A DNA stretch of 64,000 nucleotides from Candidatus Babeliales bacterium (GTDB lineage: Bacteria > Babelota > Babeliae > Babelales > JANWKD01): contig OY969622.1 in assembly GCA_963701665.1 (NCBI GenBank), positions 1,088,001 to 1,152,000 of the forward strand, given 5' to 3'. The translations under genes and the position numbers were made by a program. Positions 38,889 to 49,399 of the stretch are shown one piece after another. How positions within the stretch are numbered: the stretch's first letter is position 1; every line of letters starts with the position of its first letter. The notes under the pieces were generated by a model, which did not search any database, was not told the origin of the DNA, and saw only the letters and a list, made by a program, of their open reading frames with translations.

Positions 38889-40850
38889 ATGTGTGGACTT
38901 GGTGGATATATAAATCTTTCAGAACGCTCGTTAACGCCCGATCACTCGCTTCTTGAACAGATGCAACAGCAACTTGCCCACCGTGGACCCAATGGCTATA
39001 GAATTTGGGTTGATGAACAACGAGCCGCAGGTTTTTTCCATCGTCGTTTGAGCATCATGGATCTTTCTGATGCCGGATTCCAACCCATGATGGATAAGGA
39101 AGAATCTGTCGTTGTTATGTGTAATGGTGAAATTTACAACCATCCTGAACTGCGCAAAGAACTTGAAGCGCTCGACTATCATTATGTTTCAAACTCAGAT
39201 ACTGAAACAATAATCCATGCCTATAAAGAATGGGGCATTAACGCGCTCAAAAAATTAAATGGCATGTTTTCTATTGTTATTCTTGATAAACGTAGCAATG
39301 AATTTTTTTTGGTACGCGATCGCCTCGGCATAAAACCGCTCTATTTTTCATTACAAGGAAATATTCTTAGTTTTGCTTCGGAAATAAAAGCTCTGTGGCC
39401 GTTGCCTTGGATTGAAAAAGAGCTCAATACACAAGCAATGTATCATTATCTGACCTATTTGATCACGCCCGCACCAATGACCCTTTATAAGGGAATTTAT
39501 AAATTGCCAGCCTCGTATTATCTTAAAATCGACGCTCAGAAAAATTACTCATTTCATGAATGGTATTCACCCCTAGAGCCTGAGATAACATACGACTCGA
39601 AATCATTACAAAGCGAGCAATTTTGTAGCACTACCTTGCAAAAGATGCTGCGTGAATCGGTCAAGCAACAAATGATGTCTGATGTACCCTATGGTGTTTT
39701 TCTTTCAGGCGGTATTGATTCAAGTTTGAATGTTGCGTTAATGTCTGAATTTACGCCACAGGTAAAAACATTTAATGTTTCGTTTGATGATGGGCCTGAA
39801 TATAGTGAAATTAATTGGGCTCGCAAAATTGCACGCAGATTCAACACCGATCATCACGAAATCATCATTTCTGAAAAAGAAGCGTTTGAATTTTATGAAA
39901 AGATGGTATTTCACCAGGACGAGCCGCTTGCTGATTGCGTATGCATTCCTTTGTATTATGTTTCAAAATTACTCAGCGATGCTGGCGTTGTTGTGGTACA
40001 AGTGGGCGAAGGTTCTGATGAATTATTTTGCGGTTATTCGATCTACGCCACTTATCTTGATTATTACAACCGCTATTGGAAACCATCACAAAAATTCATC
40101 CCGGCATTCGCAAAACAAACTGCCTATCAAATTCTTTCTACCTTATTTCCCCACAAGCAAAACCGCCTTGATATGATCAAAAATTGGGCAGATGGAAAAA
40201 GTTTCTTTTGGAGTGGAGCAACAGCATTCTCTGAAACATGGAAAAAGGAGATGGTACATCTTGCTTCAACATTGCCAGAACATGATGCTATCATTGAAAA
40301 AATCTATCCAGGATTTCAACAACTCTATAATAGCTATGTTGTTGTTGATTATCATTTAAAGCAATTAAAATTACATAAAAAAGATGCTGATTTTTTAACC
40401 TCGATGATCTATCTTGAACTCAAGCATCGATTACCAGAATTATTACTCATGCGCGTGGATAAAATGACCATGGCAACCTCCGTTGAAGCGCGCGTACCAT
40501 TCCTTGATCATCGCATCGTGGAATTTGCACTACAAATTCCTGCCTCGCTTAAATATAAAAATGGTATTACCAAATATATTCTCAAAAAAGCATGCGAGGG
40601 CATTTTACCGCACGATACTATTTACCGCAAAAAAATGGGCTTTGCTGCCCCAACAAGCCGCTGGTTTAAGCAAGGCAACTATTTCAAACCTTATTTCTTG
40701 GATTTGCTTCACAGCAAAAATAGCCCTTGGAACAATTATTTAGATATGAAAGCGGTAACGCACTTATTTGAACGCAATCAGCAACCAGAACATGAATATT
40801 CCGTGCAATTGTGGGCATTGCAAAATCTTATAGCTACCCAAGTCATATGA
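38889..40850 (+). CDS. asnB: Asparagine synthase-like glutamine amidotransferase (polysaccharide amidation)
   Basis: MCG N-terminus, HRGP, NGEIYN, RDRLGIKPLY, LSGGIDSS, GEGSDE, EARVPFLD. Confidence 0.93.
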   Translation: MCGLGGYINLSERSLTPDHSLLEQMQQQLAHRGPNGYRIWVDEQRAAGFFHRRLSIMDLSDAGFQPMMDKEESVVVMCNGEIYNHPELRKELEALDYHYVSNSDTETIIHAYKEWGINALKKLNGMFSIVILDKRSNEFFLVRDRLGIKPLYFSLQGNILSFASEIKALWPLPWIEKELNTQAMYHYLTYLITPAPMTLYKGIYKLPASYYLKIDAQKNYSFHEWYSPLEPEITYDSKSLQSEQFCSTTLQKMLRESVKQQMMSDVPYGVFLSGGIDSSLNVALMSEFTPQVKTFNVSFDDGPEYSEINWARKIARRFNTDHHEIIISEKEAFEFYEKMVFHQDEPLADCVCIPLYYVSKLLSDAGVVVVQVGEGSDELFCGYSIYATYLDYYNRYWKPSQKFIPAFAKQTAYQILSTLFPHKQNRLDMIKNWADGKSFFWSGATAFSETWKKEMVHLASTLPEHDAIIEKIYPGFQQLYNSYVVVDYHLKQLKLHKKDADFLTSMIYLELKHRLPELLLMRVDKMTMATSVEARVPFLDHRIVEFALQIPASLKYKNGITKYILKKACEGILPHDTIYRKKMGFAAPTSRWFKQGNYFKPYFLDLLHSKNSPWNNYLDMKAVTHLFERNQQPEHEYSVQLWALQNLIATQVI

Positions 40851-42100
40851 AGCACAAAAAAATATTGTATCTGCGCACGGATATTTGTGATACGCCACTC
40901 ATTGCTGGCGGTTCAGTTGCTCATACGCTCGGCGTCATTGAAGGCTTTTTATCGCTCGATTATTCCGTTATGTGCGCATCTTCACTTATGCATGAAACAT
41001 TACGAGCGTTACACGTATCATCTTTGTGTACCCTTTCAAACCCTCGTTTTTTACGATTTTTGCGTTGGAAGCTCAATTGTCTTCTTTCATCATTTTTTTT
41101 TACGCTACAAACATTCCGCTTTATTAGAAATGAAAACATCGATTTCATCTATCAACGTTATTCGCTGTTAAATTGTACCGGCATTTTGTTGGGCAAACTA
41201 AAAAAAATTCCTTTAATACTGGAATATAATGGTTCAGAAGTGTGGGTCGATACGTTTTGGACAAAACAGCATTGGCTCTCTTTACGATTTCTCATAGCAT
41301 TCTTTGAAAAACTCAATTTAAAATATGCTCATCTTATTGTTGTTGTTTCACAGCCATTGTGCGATGAACTTGTTGCACGCGGATTTTCACAAGAAAAAAT
41401 TTTGGTAAATCCCAATGGCGTTAACACCGAATTTTTCAATCCCGCGCGTTTGGATGATGAACGCTCGACCTTAAGAAAAACATTACATATCGAACATCAA
41501 TTTGTTTTTGGGTTTATCGGCACTTTTTCAGCATGGCATGGCATCGAAATGCTTGAGGAAATGATTCCAGAAATTCTCGCTCAAAAAAACGATGTTCATT
41601 TTTTGTTAATCGGTAACGGTCCCTTATTTGAAAGTTTTTACAAGAAAATAGAACCTTATACTATTTCCGGTAATGTTACGTGTACAGGATTAATTCCACA
41701 ACATCAAGCGCGTGCCTATTTGGCCGCGTGCGATGCATTTTTATGTCCCACGCAACCAAACCCAGACGGCACGCCATTCTTTGGATCACCGACCAAAATT
41801 TTTGAATATTTGAGCATGGCAAAACCTATTATTGCGTCGGATCTTGAACAAGTAGGCGATTTAATTTCCCCAGCATTTAAAATACATTCACTGCAAGAAG
41901 AAAAACTCTCCGTCACTAATCAAGTTGGCTTTGCGCTTCCCGCGCAAAATAAGCGAGCGTTTATCCACGCAGCATATCGATTAATTGATATGCAAGAAGA
42001 CGAGCGTTTAAAAATGGGGACTTGCGCTCGTCAAAAAGCTCTTGAAAAATATGATTGGCAACATCATGTTAACGAAATTATTTCAGCAATACAAAAATAA
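40847..42100 (+). CDS. GT4 family glycosyltransferase
   Basis: ATGA overlap with asnB; NPNGV, GFIGTF, SPTKIFEYLSMAKPIIAS. Confidence 0.9.
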   Translation: MKHKKILYLRTDICDTPLIAGGSVAHTLGVIEGFLSLDYSVMCASSLMHETLRALHVSSLCTLSNPRFLRFLRWKLNCLLSSFFFTLQTFRFIRNENIDFIYQRYSLLNCTGILLGKLKKIPLILEYNGSEVWVDTFWTKQHWLSLRFLIAFFEKLNLKYAHLIVVVSQPLCDELVARGFSQEKILVNPNGVNTEFFNPARLDDERSTLRKTLHIEHQFVFGFIGTFSAWHGIEMLEEMIPEILAQKNDVHFLLIGNGPLFESFYKKIEPYTISGNVTCTGLIPQHQARAYLAACDAFLCPTQPNPDGTPFFGSPTKIFEYLSMAKPIIASDLEQVGDLISPAFKIHSLQEEKLSVTNQVGFALPAQNKRAFIHAAYRLIDMQEDERLKMGTCARQKALEKYDWQHHVNEIISAIQK

Positions 42101-42108
42101 AGGACACC

Positions 42109-44628
42109 ATGCTCTTAAATTATGTGAAACGAGGGGCTTACAATAGTTTTATTTATGGATTAAGTTCAGCAATCATTAAAATTACTAATTTTATTTTTTT
42201 CCCCTATTTTCTTTCCGTTCTCACATTAGAAGATTTTGGTATTTGGGACTTCTATCAAATGTTTTTTTCATTAGGCATAACCTGTATAACTTCTTGCACT
42301 GCTACTTCTTTAATACGATTTTATTTCTTACACAGAGATAATATCTTAAAGCAAAAGCAAGTTATAGGGAATGCTTGTTTAATATGCCTAATTAGCATGG
42401 CAGTTTTTTTAATTACAATCCTAGGATTATATTATTATAATATTGTTCCAATTATGAGTAATTATTTAACTATAACAATAACTAATGTCTGTCTTTTCGG
42501 GTTATTTACCATTGTTATTTCATATTTACGAATTAACGAAAAATTGTTTTTATATTTGTTTTTTTTTACTGGACAAAGTACGTTAACTCTTGCATTAACA
42601 TTATTAGGCATACATTATCACTATGGCATCGATGCTTTTTTTTTGGCAAATATGATATCACTTTTATTGTTTGTTCCTTTTTTTTTATACCTTCTTTCCC
42701 GAAACTTTTATTTCTCTCTTAGCCTTCTCAAAGAGCAATTTATATTTGGCCTACCTTTACTCTCATATGCTATCATCTATATGGGATTTTTTTATGTTGA
42801 CCGTTTATTTATCACAAATATTCTTGGTTTAGAATCTCTTGGTATTTATGCTTTATTATGGCGATTCGGTATTCTATTTCAATTCTTCTCAATCGCTCTA
42901 ATAGATGCATGGCCAATCGTAGTATTTAATGCTGATAAAGAAAAAAACAGACAAATGCTTCTTACCAAGCTAAATACGTATTATATAGCAACTTTAATTA
43001 CATTAGGATTATCTACAACTATCGCTTCACAGTGCTTAATAAAAATAATGATTCCTATTAAATATCTCTTTTTAACAGAATATTTGCCTCTGTTTTTTCT
43101 ATCTTTGGTATTATTAGATATTGCCAGATTATTACAAACCAGCTTTAACTTAACAAACAAAACATTTTATATACCAATTTTAGCCATCGTTACTTTATGC
43201 ATTCAATATTGTACCTTTTTTATCTGCCAATTTTTTACAACTCTTAATCTTTCAATAGTGTTACTTATTAATATATTTACCTTTTCTTCTTACATAGTTT
43301 TAAGTTATATGCTGACAAAAAAATTATCCAATAAAACAATTGATGATAAACGTACCATAACCATGGCGTGCTTTCTCTTTGTGTATATAATCCTCTTTCA
43401 TATACTTTTTAAGTATCATGCATCTTTATCCTATTCTTTCCTCATGCTTTTTTCTTGGCCACTGCTATTGTGGTTTTCAAATATAATTTCAAGCGATGAA
43501 AAAACCTGGCTTTTAAAAATCATTTCAACAAAATTTCAATATTTATTTGTCGCCTACAATCAAAAAGAAAATCCTGTAACTGAGTATGAATTACATACTT
43601 ATTCTAATAATCTAATAAATAAAAAAATCGCTATATTTGGACCATATCCCCCACCATTTGGTGGCATTAGTGTTCACATCAAAAGAGTCACTCATAAATT
43701 ACTAAATCAGGGTAATGAGGTAAAAAATTTTGACACAACTATTAGACCACGATTTCGAGTTAGCTATATATTTCAGATTATTAGATTTTTAATCACATTT
43801 AAGCCGTCAATAATCTTTTACCACACACCCTATACAAAAAACGGGTTAGAAGAATTTGCAACTATAGTCTTTATAAAATTATTATTTGGCTCAAAATTAA
43901 TACTTATAGAACACGATTCCCGATATTTAGATAAACAATCTTTTTTATTTAAAATAATTTTCAACAAACTTATAAAAATGATTAACCAACAAATTTTCAT
44001 TGGGAAATCCCCCTTAGAAAGTTATTTTAATAACAAAATTTTTATACATTCACAATCTGTTATAGAACCAGCGTTCTTGCCGCCTGACTTATCTCAAGAA
44101 CAGAACATTTTAAAAAGCTATCCAAAAGAGTTATTTCATTTTTTAGAACACCGTAGTCCTATTCTAACAGCGAATGCATTTCAACTAATTTTCCTTGATG
44201 ATAAGGATCTTTATGGATTTGATTGGTGTATTGAACTTGTAAGTCAATTGAAACCAAAATTTCCAGACATCGGCTTTGTTTTTGCACTCGCTCAAATAGG
44301 CAACAAAACATACTATGATCAACTTGTAAAAAAGATAGAAAATTTAAATATAAAAAATAATTTTTATATCTTAACCAATCAAAAAGAATATTGGCCTTTA
44401 TTAAAAAAAGTTGACATATTTGTCAGGCCAACGCTTGCCGATAATTTTGGCATTAGTGTTGCAGAAGCTCTATATTTTGGAAAAATTTCTATCGCAAGTA
44501 ATGTTTGTACAAGACCAAAAAATACAGTTTTATTTAAATGGGGCAATAAAGAAGATTTTTTTGAAAAAGTGAATGCTTGTTTAAATAATCACATACATAC
44601 AAATATATCAGAGCAAATGCATTTATAA
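42109..44628 (+). CDS. Wzx-like flippase fused to a GT4 glycosyltransferase
   Basis: Polytopic N-terminus (LTLEDFG, DRLFI..LGIY); C-terminal PPPFGGISVH ... DNFGISVAEAL. Confidence 0.8.
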   Translation: MLLNYVKRGAYNSFIYGLSSAIIKITNFIFFPYFLSVLTLEDFGIWDFYQMFFSLGITCITSCTATSLIRFYFLHRDNILKQKQVIGNACLICLISMAVFLITILGLYYYNIVPIMSNYLTITITNVCLFGLFTIVISYLRINEKLFLYLFFFTGQSTLTLALTLLGIHYHYGIDAFFLANMISLLLFVPFFLYLLSRNFYFSLSLLKEQFIFGLPLLSYAIIYMGFFYVDRLFITNILGLESLGIYALLWRFGILFQFFSIALIDAWPIVVFNADKEKNRQMLLTKLNTYYIATLITLGLSTTIASQCLIKIMIPIKYLFLTEYLPLFFLSLVLLDIARLLQTSFNLTNKTFYIPILAIVTLCIQYCTFFICQFFTTLNLSIVLLINIFTFSSYIVLSYMLTKKLSNKTIDDKRTITMACFLFVYIILFHILFKYHASLSYSFLMLFSWPLLLWFSNIISSDEKTWLLKIISTKFQYLFVAYNQKENPVTEYELHTYSNNLINKKIAIFGPYPPPFGGISVHIKRVTHKLLNQGNEVKNFDTTIRPRFRVSYIFQIIRFLITFKPSIIFYHTPYTKNGLEEFATIVFIKLLFGSKLILIEHDSRYLDKQSFLFKIIFNKLIKMINQQIFIGKSPLESYFNNKIFIHSQSVIEPAFLPPDLSQEQNILKSYPKELFHFLEHRSPILTANAFQLIFLDDKDLYGFDWCIELVSQLKPKFPDIGFVFALAQIGNKTYYDQLVKKIENLNIKNNFYILTNQKEYWPLLKKVDIFVRPTLADNFGISVAEALYFGKISIASNVCTRPKNTVLFKWGNKEDFFEKVNACLNNHIHTNISEQMHL

Positions 44629-44666
44629 AAAACATAGAGGATTGTGTATTAAAAAAGGAACCTATT

Positions 44667-45344
44667 ATGAATCTAAAACAAACATTTCCTATTAATTACA
44701 TCATTAGTGCCTTTAATTACAGGAATAACACGCTTAAAGATAATTTTTCCAGTATATATTTAAAGAAAAAATGGGGCGGTATAGAAACATTATCCGGCCC
44801 GGGTTCAACGCTAGCCCAAACTGCTATTATTCGCAATGAGATCCCAAAAATCATAAAACAATTTAATATAACAAGTATCCTTGATGCCCCATGTGGTGAT
44901 TTCAATTGGGTGCAACATATGCAATTAGAAGAATGTAATTATATAGGATTAGATATTGTTCAAGAAATGATACATGATAATTCAAAAAAATTTGGGAATC
45001 AAAAAAGAAAATTTATCTGTGCAAATATTGTTGATAATGCCTTACCTTATGCAGATTTGATTTTATGTCGAGATGCTTTAGTGCATTTGAATTTGAAAGA
45101 AGCATTCGATGCCCTTAAAAATTTTCAAAATTCAGGATCACTTTACTTATTAATAACAACATTTCCAGCATGTGAAGTTAATCAAGAGACCTCTAATACC
45201 ATTTGGCGTCCCTTAAATTTACAAAAACCTCCATTTAATCTACCAGAACCATTAATGATCGTTAATGAAAACAATACTCATGATCCAGCTTATCCTGATA
45301 AATCTTTAGGCTTATGGAATTTAAAAGATATAAAATTTAATTAA
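44667..45344 (+). CDS. Class I SAM-dependent methyltransferase
   Basis: SGPGS, ILDAPCGDFNW, DLILCRD. Confidence 0.85.
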   Translation: MNLKQTFPINYIISAFNYRNNTLKDNFSSIYLKKKWGGIETLSGPGSTLAQTAIIRNEIPKIIKQFNITSILDAPCGDFNWVQHMQLEECNYIGLDIVQEMIHDNSKKFGNQKRKFICANIVDNALPYADLILCRDALVHLNLKEAFDALKNFQNSGSLYLLITTFPACEVNQETSNTIWRPLNLQKPPFNLPEPLMIVNENNTHDPAYPDKSLGLWNLKDIKFN

Positions 45345-45417
45345 GAAACTTTAAAAGCGTTTTAACAAAACCCATAACTAAATACGGTACTTTTAATTAT
45401 TGATAAAGAAAGGCCAT

Positions 45418-46269
45418 ATGAATAGTGAAGCAAGCGTTAAAGAAATAACAAAATCCGTTTGGGGCGCAAGTCCCGCTGGTTCGACCCATGCAAAACATCA
45501 CAGCAAGGGTACAAAAGAATTTTTTGAATCAGTTCTTGATCGCAGATTTTCAGAAGAATGTAAATGGATGGATGATATCGTCAACTTCGCACAATTCAAC
45601 GATAAAAATGTTTTGGAAATAGGTTGCGGTGCAGGATACGATGCTTACCAGTTCTGCAAGCATGGGGCTCATTACACAGGTATTGATATAACACCAGAAA
45701 ATCCATTGCTCACTAAAAAACATCTCTCATACTATGGGTACACGCCGCGAACTTTTGAAATGGATGTTGAGCATCTCGATCTTGAAGAAAAATTCGATTT
45801 TATTTTCAGTTTCGGCGTTTTACATCATACGCCCAATATCAAAAAAGCACTTTGTACTATTCGCGCAAGCTTAAAAGATGATGGTCAGGCACAAATCATT
45901 GTATATAATAAATATTCGATCTTTTATGTATTCCATGTTGTTCTTTTTGATTGGATTTTGGGATTAAAATTTTTAAAAACGTCATTAAAAGATCGTCGAT
46001 CACTTATTGAATATACAACAAGTTCAGCAAAACCACTTGTCAACGTGTATGGCAAAAAAGAAATCCATGATTTATGCAAAGAAGCGGGGTTTAAAATTAT
46101 AAAAACTGATATTAGAAAATTGGAAAGAGCAGATTTTCCGAACATACGGTTGATAAGCAAACTTTATCGCTTCATTCCCGATGCCTGGCTTGATTTTTTG
46201 GGTACAAGATTCGGTTGGTATGTTTCAGTACTTTTAGTTAAGGATCATAATGAATCAAGAAAATCTTAA
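45418..46269 (+). CDS. Class I SAM-dependent methyltransferase
   Basis: VLEIGCGAG, FSFGVLHHTP. Confidence 0.88.
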   Translation: MNSEASVKEITKSVWGASPAGSTHAKHHSKGTKEFFESVLDRRFSEECKWMDDIVNFAQFNDKNVLEIGCGAGYDAYQFCKHGAHYTGIDITPENPLLTKKHLSYYGYTPRTFEMDVEHLDLEEKFDFIFSFGVLHHTPNIKKALCTIRASLKDDGQAQIIVYNKYSIFYVFHVVLFDWILGLKFLKTSLKDRRSLIEYTTSSAKPLVNVYGKKEIHDLCKEAGFKIIKTDIRKLERADFPNIRLISKLYRFIPDAWLDFLGTRFGWYVSVLLVKDHNESRKS

Positions 46270-47050
46270 ACAAGAAGTGTATAATTACTGGAATAAAGCA
46301 AGCTGCGGAACTGAATTTATTAAACGAGAAAAATTCACCAAAGAATATTTTGAGGAAATTGAACAATTCCGCTCTACGATCGAACCAGAAATTTTTTCTT
46401 TTGCGCAATTCACGCGTTTTCACGGGAAAAAAATTTTAGAAGTAGGCGTTGGCGCGGGCACCGATTTTCTGCAATGGGTTCGTGCAGGAACGCACGCGCA
46501 TGGCATTGATTTAACACACGAAGCTATTTTTAACGTTAAACACAGATTAGAACTTTATAATTTGCAAGCAGATGATTTACAAGTCGCCGACGCAGAAAAT
46601 TTACCCTATCAAGACAACTCTTTTGATCTTGTCTATTCGTGGGGTGTTATTCATCACTCGCCAGATACCGTAAAATGTTTAGAGGAAATGATTCGCGTGA
46701 CCAAGCCTAATGGCAGTATCAAAATCATGATTTATAACAGACGCTCGCTGTTCGCATTTTACCGTTACATATTGTGCGCGTTATTAAAAGGAAAGCCATT
46801 CCGCACCTTGAGTCATGTTCTTTTCTATGACCAAGAAAGTCTTGGCACTAAAGCGTATACTATCAAAGAAATGAAAAATATTTTAAGAAATTATTCTATA
46901 ACGGTTAATGAAATAAAAGCTTCTGTTACTCAACATGATTTATTGTATTATAAATCAAAGCCATTTCAATGGTTAGCATATAGTGCTGCTTGTCTTTTTG
47001 GTTGGCATAAAGCAGGCTTTTTTATAACAATTAATATAACCAAAAAATAA
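46250..47050 (+). CDS. Class I SAM-dependent methyltransferase, paralog of the upstream gene
   Basis: ILEVGVGAG, DAENLPY, YSWGVIHHSP. Confidence 0.88.
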   Translation: MNQENLKQEVYNYWNKASCGTEFIKREKFTKEYFEEIEQFRSTIEPEIFSFAQFTRFHGKKILEVGVGAGTDFLQWVRAGTHAHGIDLTHEAIFNVKHRLELYNLQADDLQVADAENLPYQDNSFDLVYSWGVIHHSPDTVKCLEEMIRVTKPNGSIKIMIYNRRSLFAFYRYILCALLKGKPFRTLSHVLFYDQESLGTKAYTIKEMKNILRNYSITVNEIKASVTQHDLLYYKSKPFQWLAYSAACLFGWHKAGFFITINITKK

Positions 47051-47053
47051 TAG

Positions 47054-47758
47054 TTATATTTTTGATTTCTTTATAACAGCAACATATAAGCCATTCCACC
47101 AATTATCTTTATCGCAATTGTATCGCGCAGGAAGGGCCTCTTCAAAAAGAATGGCGTAACCCAATGCTTTAAATGCATCTTGCGTGCCATTTCTTACTTG
47201 ATCCCAATTCCAATCATCAACGATTGCAATAAAAATATCTGCAAATATCTCATCGTAGTGGGTAAATGCTTTGTATTGCGATTCATATGAATGATGCCCA
47301 TCGTAAAAATATATATTAACTGGTTGACTAAAAATAGCAGTTAAATTAACACTAAATGAATCTCCTTCATACAATCTAAAGGAATCCTTATCTAAATATT
47401 GAATACAATTATTAAAAAATATGTTTTTTTGAAAGCCGAATTCCGACCAATTATCTATAGCTATCGCATCGAGTAGATTATTTTTATAAAGAGCAGAAAT
47501 AAACGTTGATCCTTTGTATACACCAATCTCAAGATAGCGAGAGTTAGGCAAAGAACATATATTATTCAATAAATGCCTTACTTTTGAACTTGAGAATCCA
47601 TTCAATTGAAGAATCATAGTTGTTAAATTCGATTTGCCTGCCTTTGCTTTTTTTATACTTCGTTTAACGTGTTTAACAAGTAATTCAGCATCATCTGCCT
47701 GCATACAAAAAGACAAAATACTACATACAAAAAATAATTTTTTTAAAAATAACTTCAT
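47054..47758 (-). CDS. Methyltransf_24-like methyltransferase with signal peptide
   Basis: YLEIGVYKGST, YFYDGHH, IVDDWN; signal ending CMQA. Confidence 0.8.
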   Translation of the reverse strand: MKLFLKKLFFVCSILSFCMQADDAELLVKHVKRSIKKAKAGKSNLTTMILQLNGFSSSKVRHLLNNICSLPNSRYLEIGVYKGSTFISALYKNNLLDAIAIDNWSEFGFQKNIFFNNCIQYLDKDSFRLYEGDSFSVNLTAIFSQPVNIYFYDGHHSYESQYKAFTHYDEIFADIFIAIVDDWNWDQVRNGTQDAFKALGYAILFEEALPARYNCDKDNWWNGLYVAVIKKSKI

Positions 47759-47817
47759 TTTTCACCTTTTTTGTAGTTTATTTATCAAGAGTATGTTAAT
47801 ACAAAGCATACATTTTA

Positions 47818-49386
47818 TTAATGATGGGATTTTTGAATAACGGCAACGTATAATCCATCCCACCATTTTTCTAAATCGACATCATAATAAGCCGGCAAAC
47901 TCTTTTCATAAAGAATTTTATAGTTTAACTCACGCAATGCTTCTTTTGTCCCTTTCTGGACATCTATCAAATTCCAAGCATCAACAATAGCAATAAAGGT
48001 ATCTGCAAAAACCTTATCATAGTACACAAAAGCTTTTTTATGATCTTCTTTGGAATGATATCCATTATAAAAAAATATATTAATTGGGCGATTAAAATGT
48101 TCTTCTAAATGTAGGTTAAAAGCATCACAATAAATAACTCTATATTTATTGTGCGATAGAAATATATTAGCGTTTTCACCGAATTCATTTTTTCTATATT
48201 CAGACCAATTACCTATTGCAATTGCATCAGCTACATAATCATGGTTGCCATGTAAAGCAGAAATAAATGTTGATACTCTCAATACACCTGTTTCCAGATA
48301 TCGCACACCTACGATTTTACATAAATTATTCAAAAGACATCTTATTTCTGGGCTGGACATTCCGGGAAGAGCAAATATTTTTTTTGTTAGTCTTGATTTT
48401 TTTTTCTCAGCTTTATCAATACAATCCTGAACATGACATATCAAAAACTGCGGGTTTGTTAAAAATTCATTCTCAGGGCCTGTAACAAAAAATGGCAGTG
48501 ACATTTTATAATCTTTTATGAGATTAAGCCAATAAGGTAAAAATAATTTATCTTTATTATAGTGTTTATCTTGTATTTCTTGATATTTTTTTTCTAAAAA
48601 TTCTTCAGTAACTTCTTCCCAATTTTCGACAATAATAACTGGTAATCCTTCATATAAAGGATTCAATGTTGAAGAATGCACAACAGGAATTGACCCTACT
48701 AATAATGCTTCCCAAGTCCTGAAACAATCAAGCCCATAGCCAAATGGACTTAAAACAAACAAATATTCTGACATCTCCAAAAGATATTCTTTAAAAGGTT
48801 TTTGCGATGCAAGAAAAATAAATGGTTTATCTTTAAAGTGATTAAATACTTTTAAACGTTCTGGTATAACATCATGAACGGTAAAATTAATATACAATTT
48901 ATGATTTTTTTTATTGTGCGTAGGTTCACCAATAGAATCCAAAACAATATCCATCGTCCGTGTATCACCAAATGGAACATGAGGATTTGACATTCCAATC
49001 GGGAGTGGAAAAAATTTAGGGTGATAATTGATATCACAATTCTCACCGTACCATCTTAAAATTCTTGGATCATCAAGATATGAAAAAAACTCTCCGGGCG
49101 ATGGCCAATCGGCATTATGAGTAATTAAAATAAATGGTTCTATAATTTGAGGAAAAAGCTCATTGAAAAAAAAATTGGCTGAGACTCTATCAACAAATAT
49201 AACGCTCTTTGGCCAAAGACCTTTGGGATCAAAATTATATTGAAGATTCTCAACATAATAATAGGCAAAATTTTTAAATCCATTACCAGTTATATACTCT
49301 CTTGTACTATTAAATGCTTGTAAACAATAACAAAAAAATAAAAATAAACAAAATAAAGCTTTATGCAATTTCATAATTTTCATCAA
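47818..49386 (-). CDS. Exostosin/GT47-like plus Methyltransf_24-like fusion with signal peptide
   Basis: FVLSPFGYGLDCFRTWEALLVGSIPVV; degenerate MTase C-domain. Confidence 0.72.
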   Translation of the reverse strand: MMKIMKLHKALFCLFLFFCYCLQAFNSTREYITGNGFKNFAYYYVENLQYNFDPKGLWPKSVIFVDRVSANFFFNELFPQIIEPFILITHNADWPSPGEFFSYLDDPRILRWYGENCDINYHPKFFPLPIGMSNPHVPFGDTRTMDIVLDSIGEPTHNKKNHKLYINFTVHDVIPERLKVFNHFKDKPFIFLASQKPFKEYLLEMSEYLFVLSPFGYGLDCFRTWEALLVGSIPVVHSSTLNPLYEGLPVIIVENWEEVTEEFLEKKYQEIQDKHYNKDKLFLPYWLNLIKDYKMSLPFFVTGPENEFLTNPQFLICHVQDCIDKAEKKKSRLTKKIFALPGMSSPEIRCLLNNLCKIVGVRYLETGVLRVSTFISALHGNHDYVADAIAIGNWSEYRKNEFGENANIFLSHNKYRVIYCDAFNLHLEEHFNRPINIFFYNGYHSKEDHKKAFVYYDKVFADTFIAIVDAWNLIDVQKGTKEALRELNYKILYEKSLPAYYDVDLEKWWDGLYVAVIQKSHH

Positions 49387-49399
49387 TCTTTAAAAAAAG

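Noticed and set aside
38889..40850. asnB as a lasso-peptide cyclase or asparagine biosynthesis gene
   Set aside because: Intact N-terminal Cys glutaminase domain, coupling to GT4/Wzx and no precursor or B protein point to polysaccharide amidation
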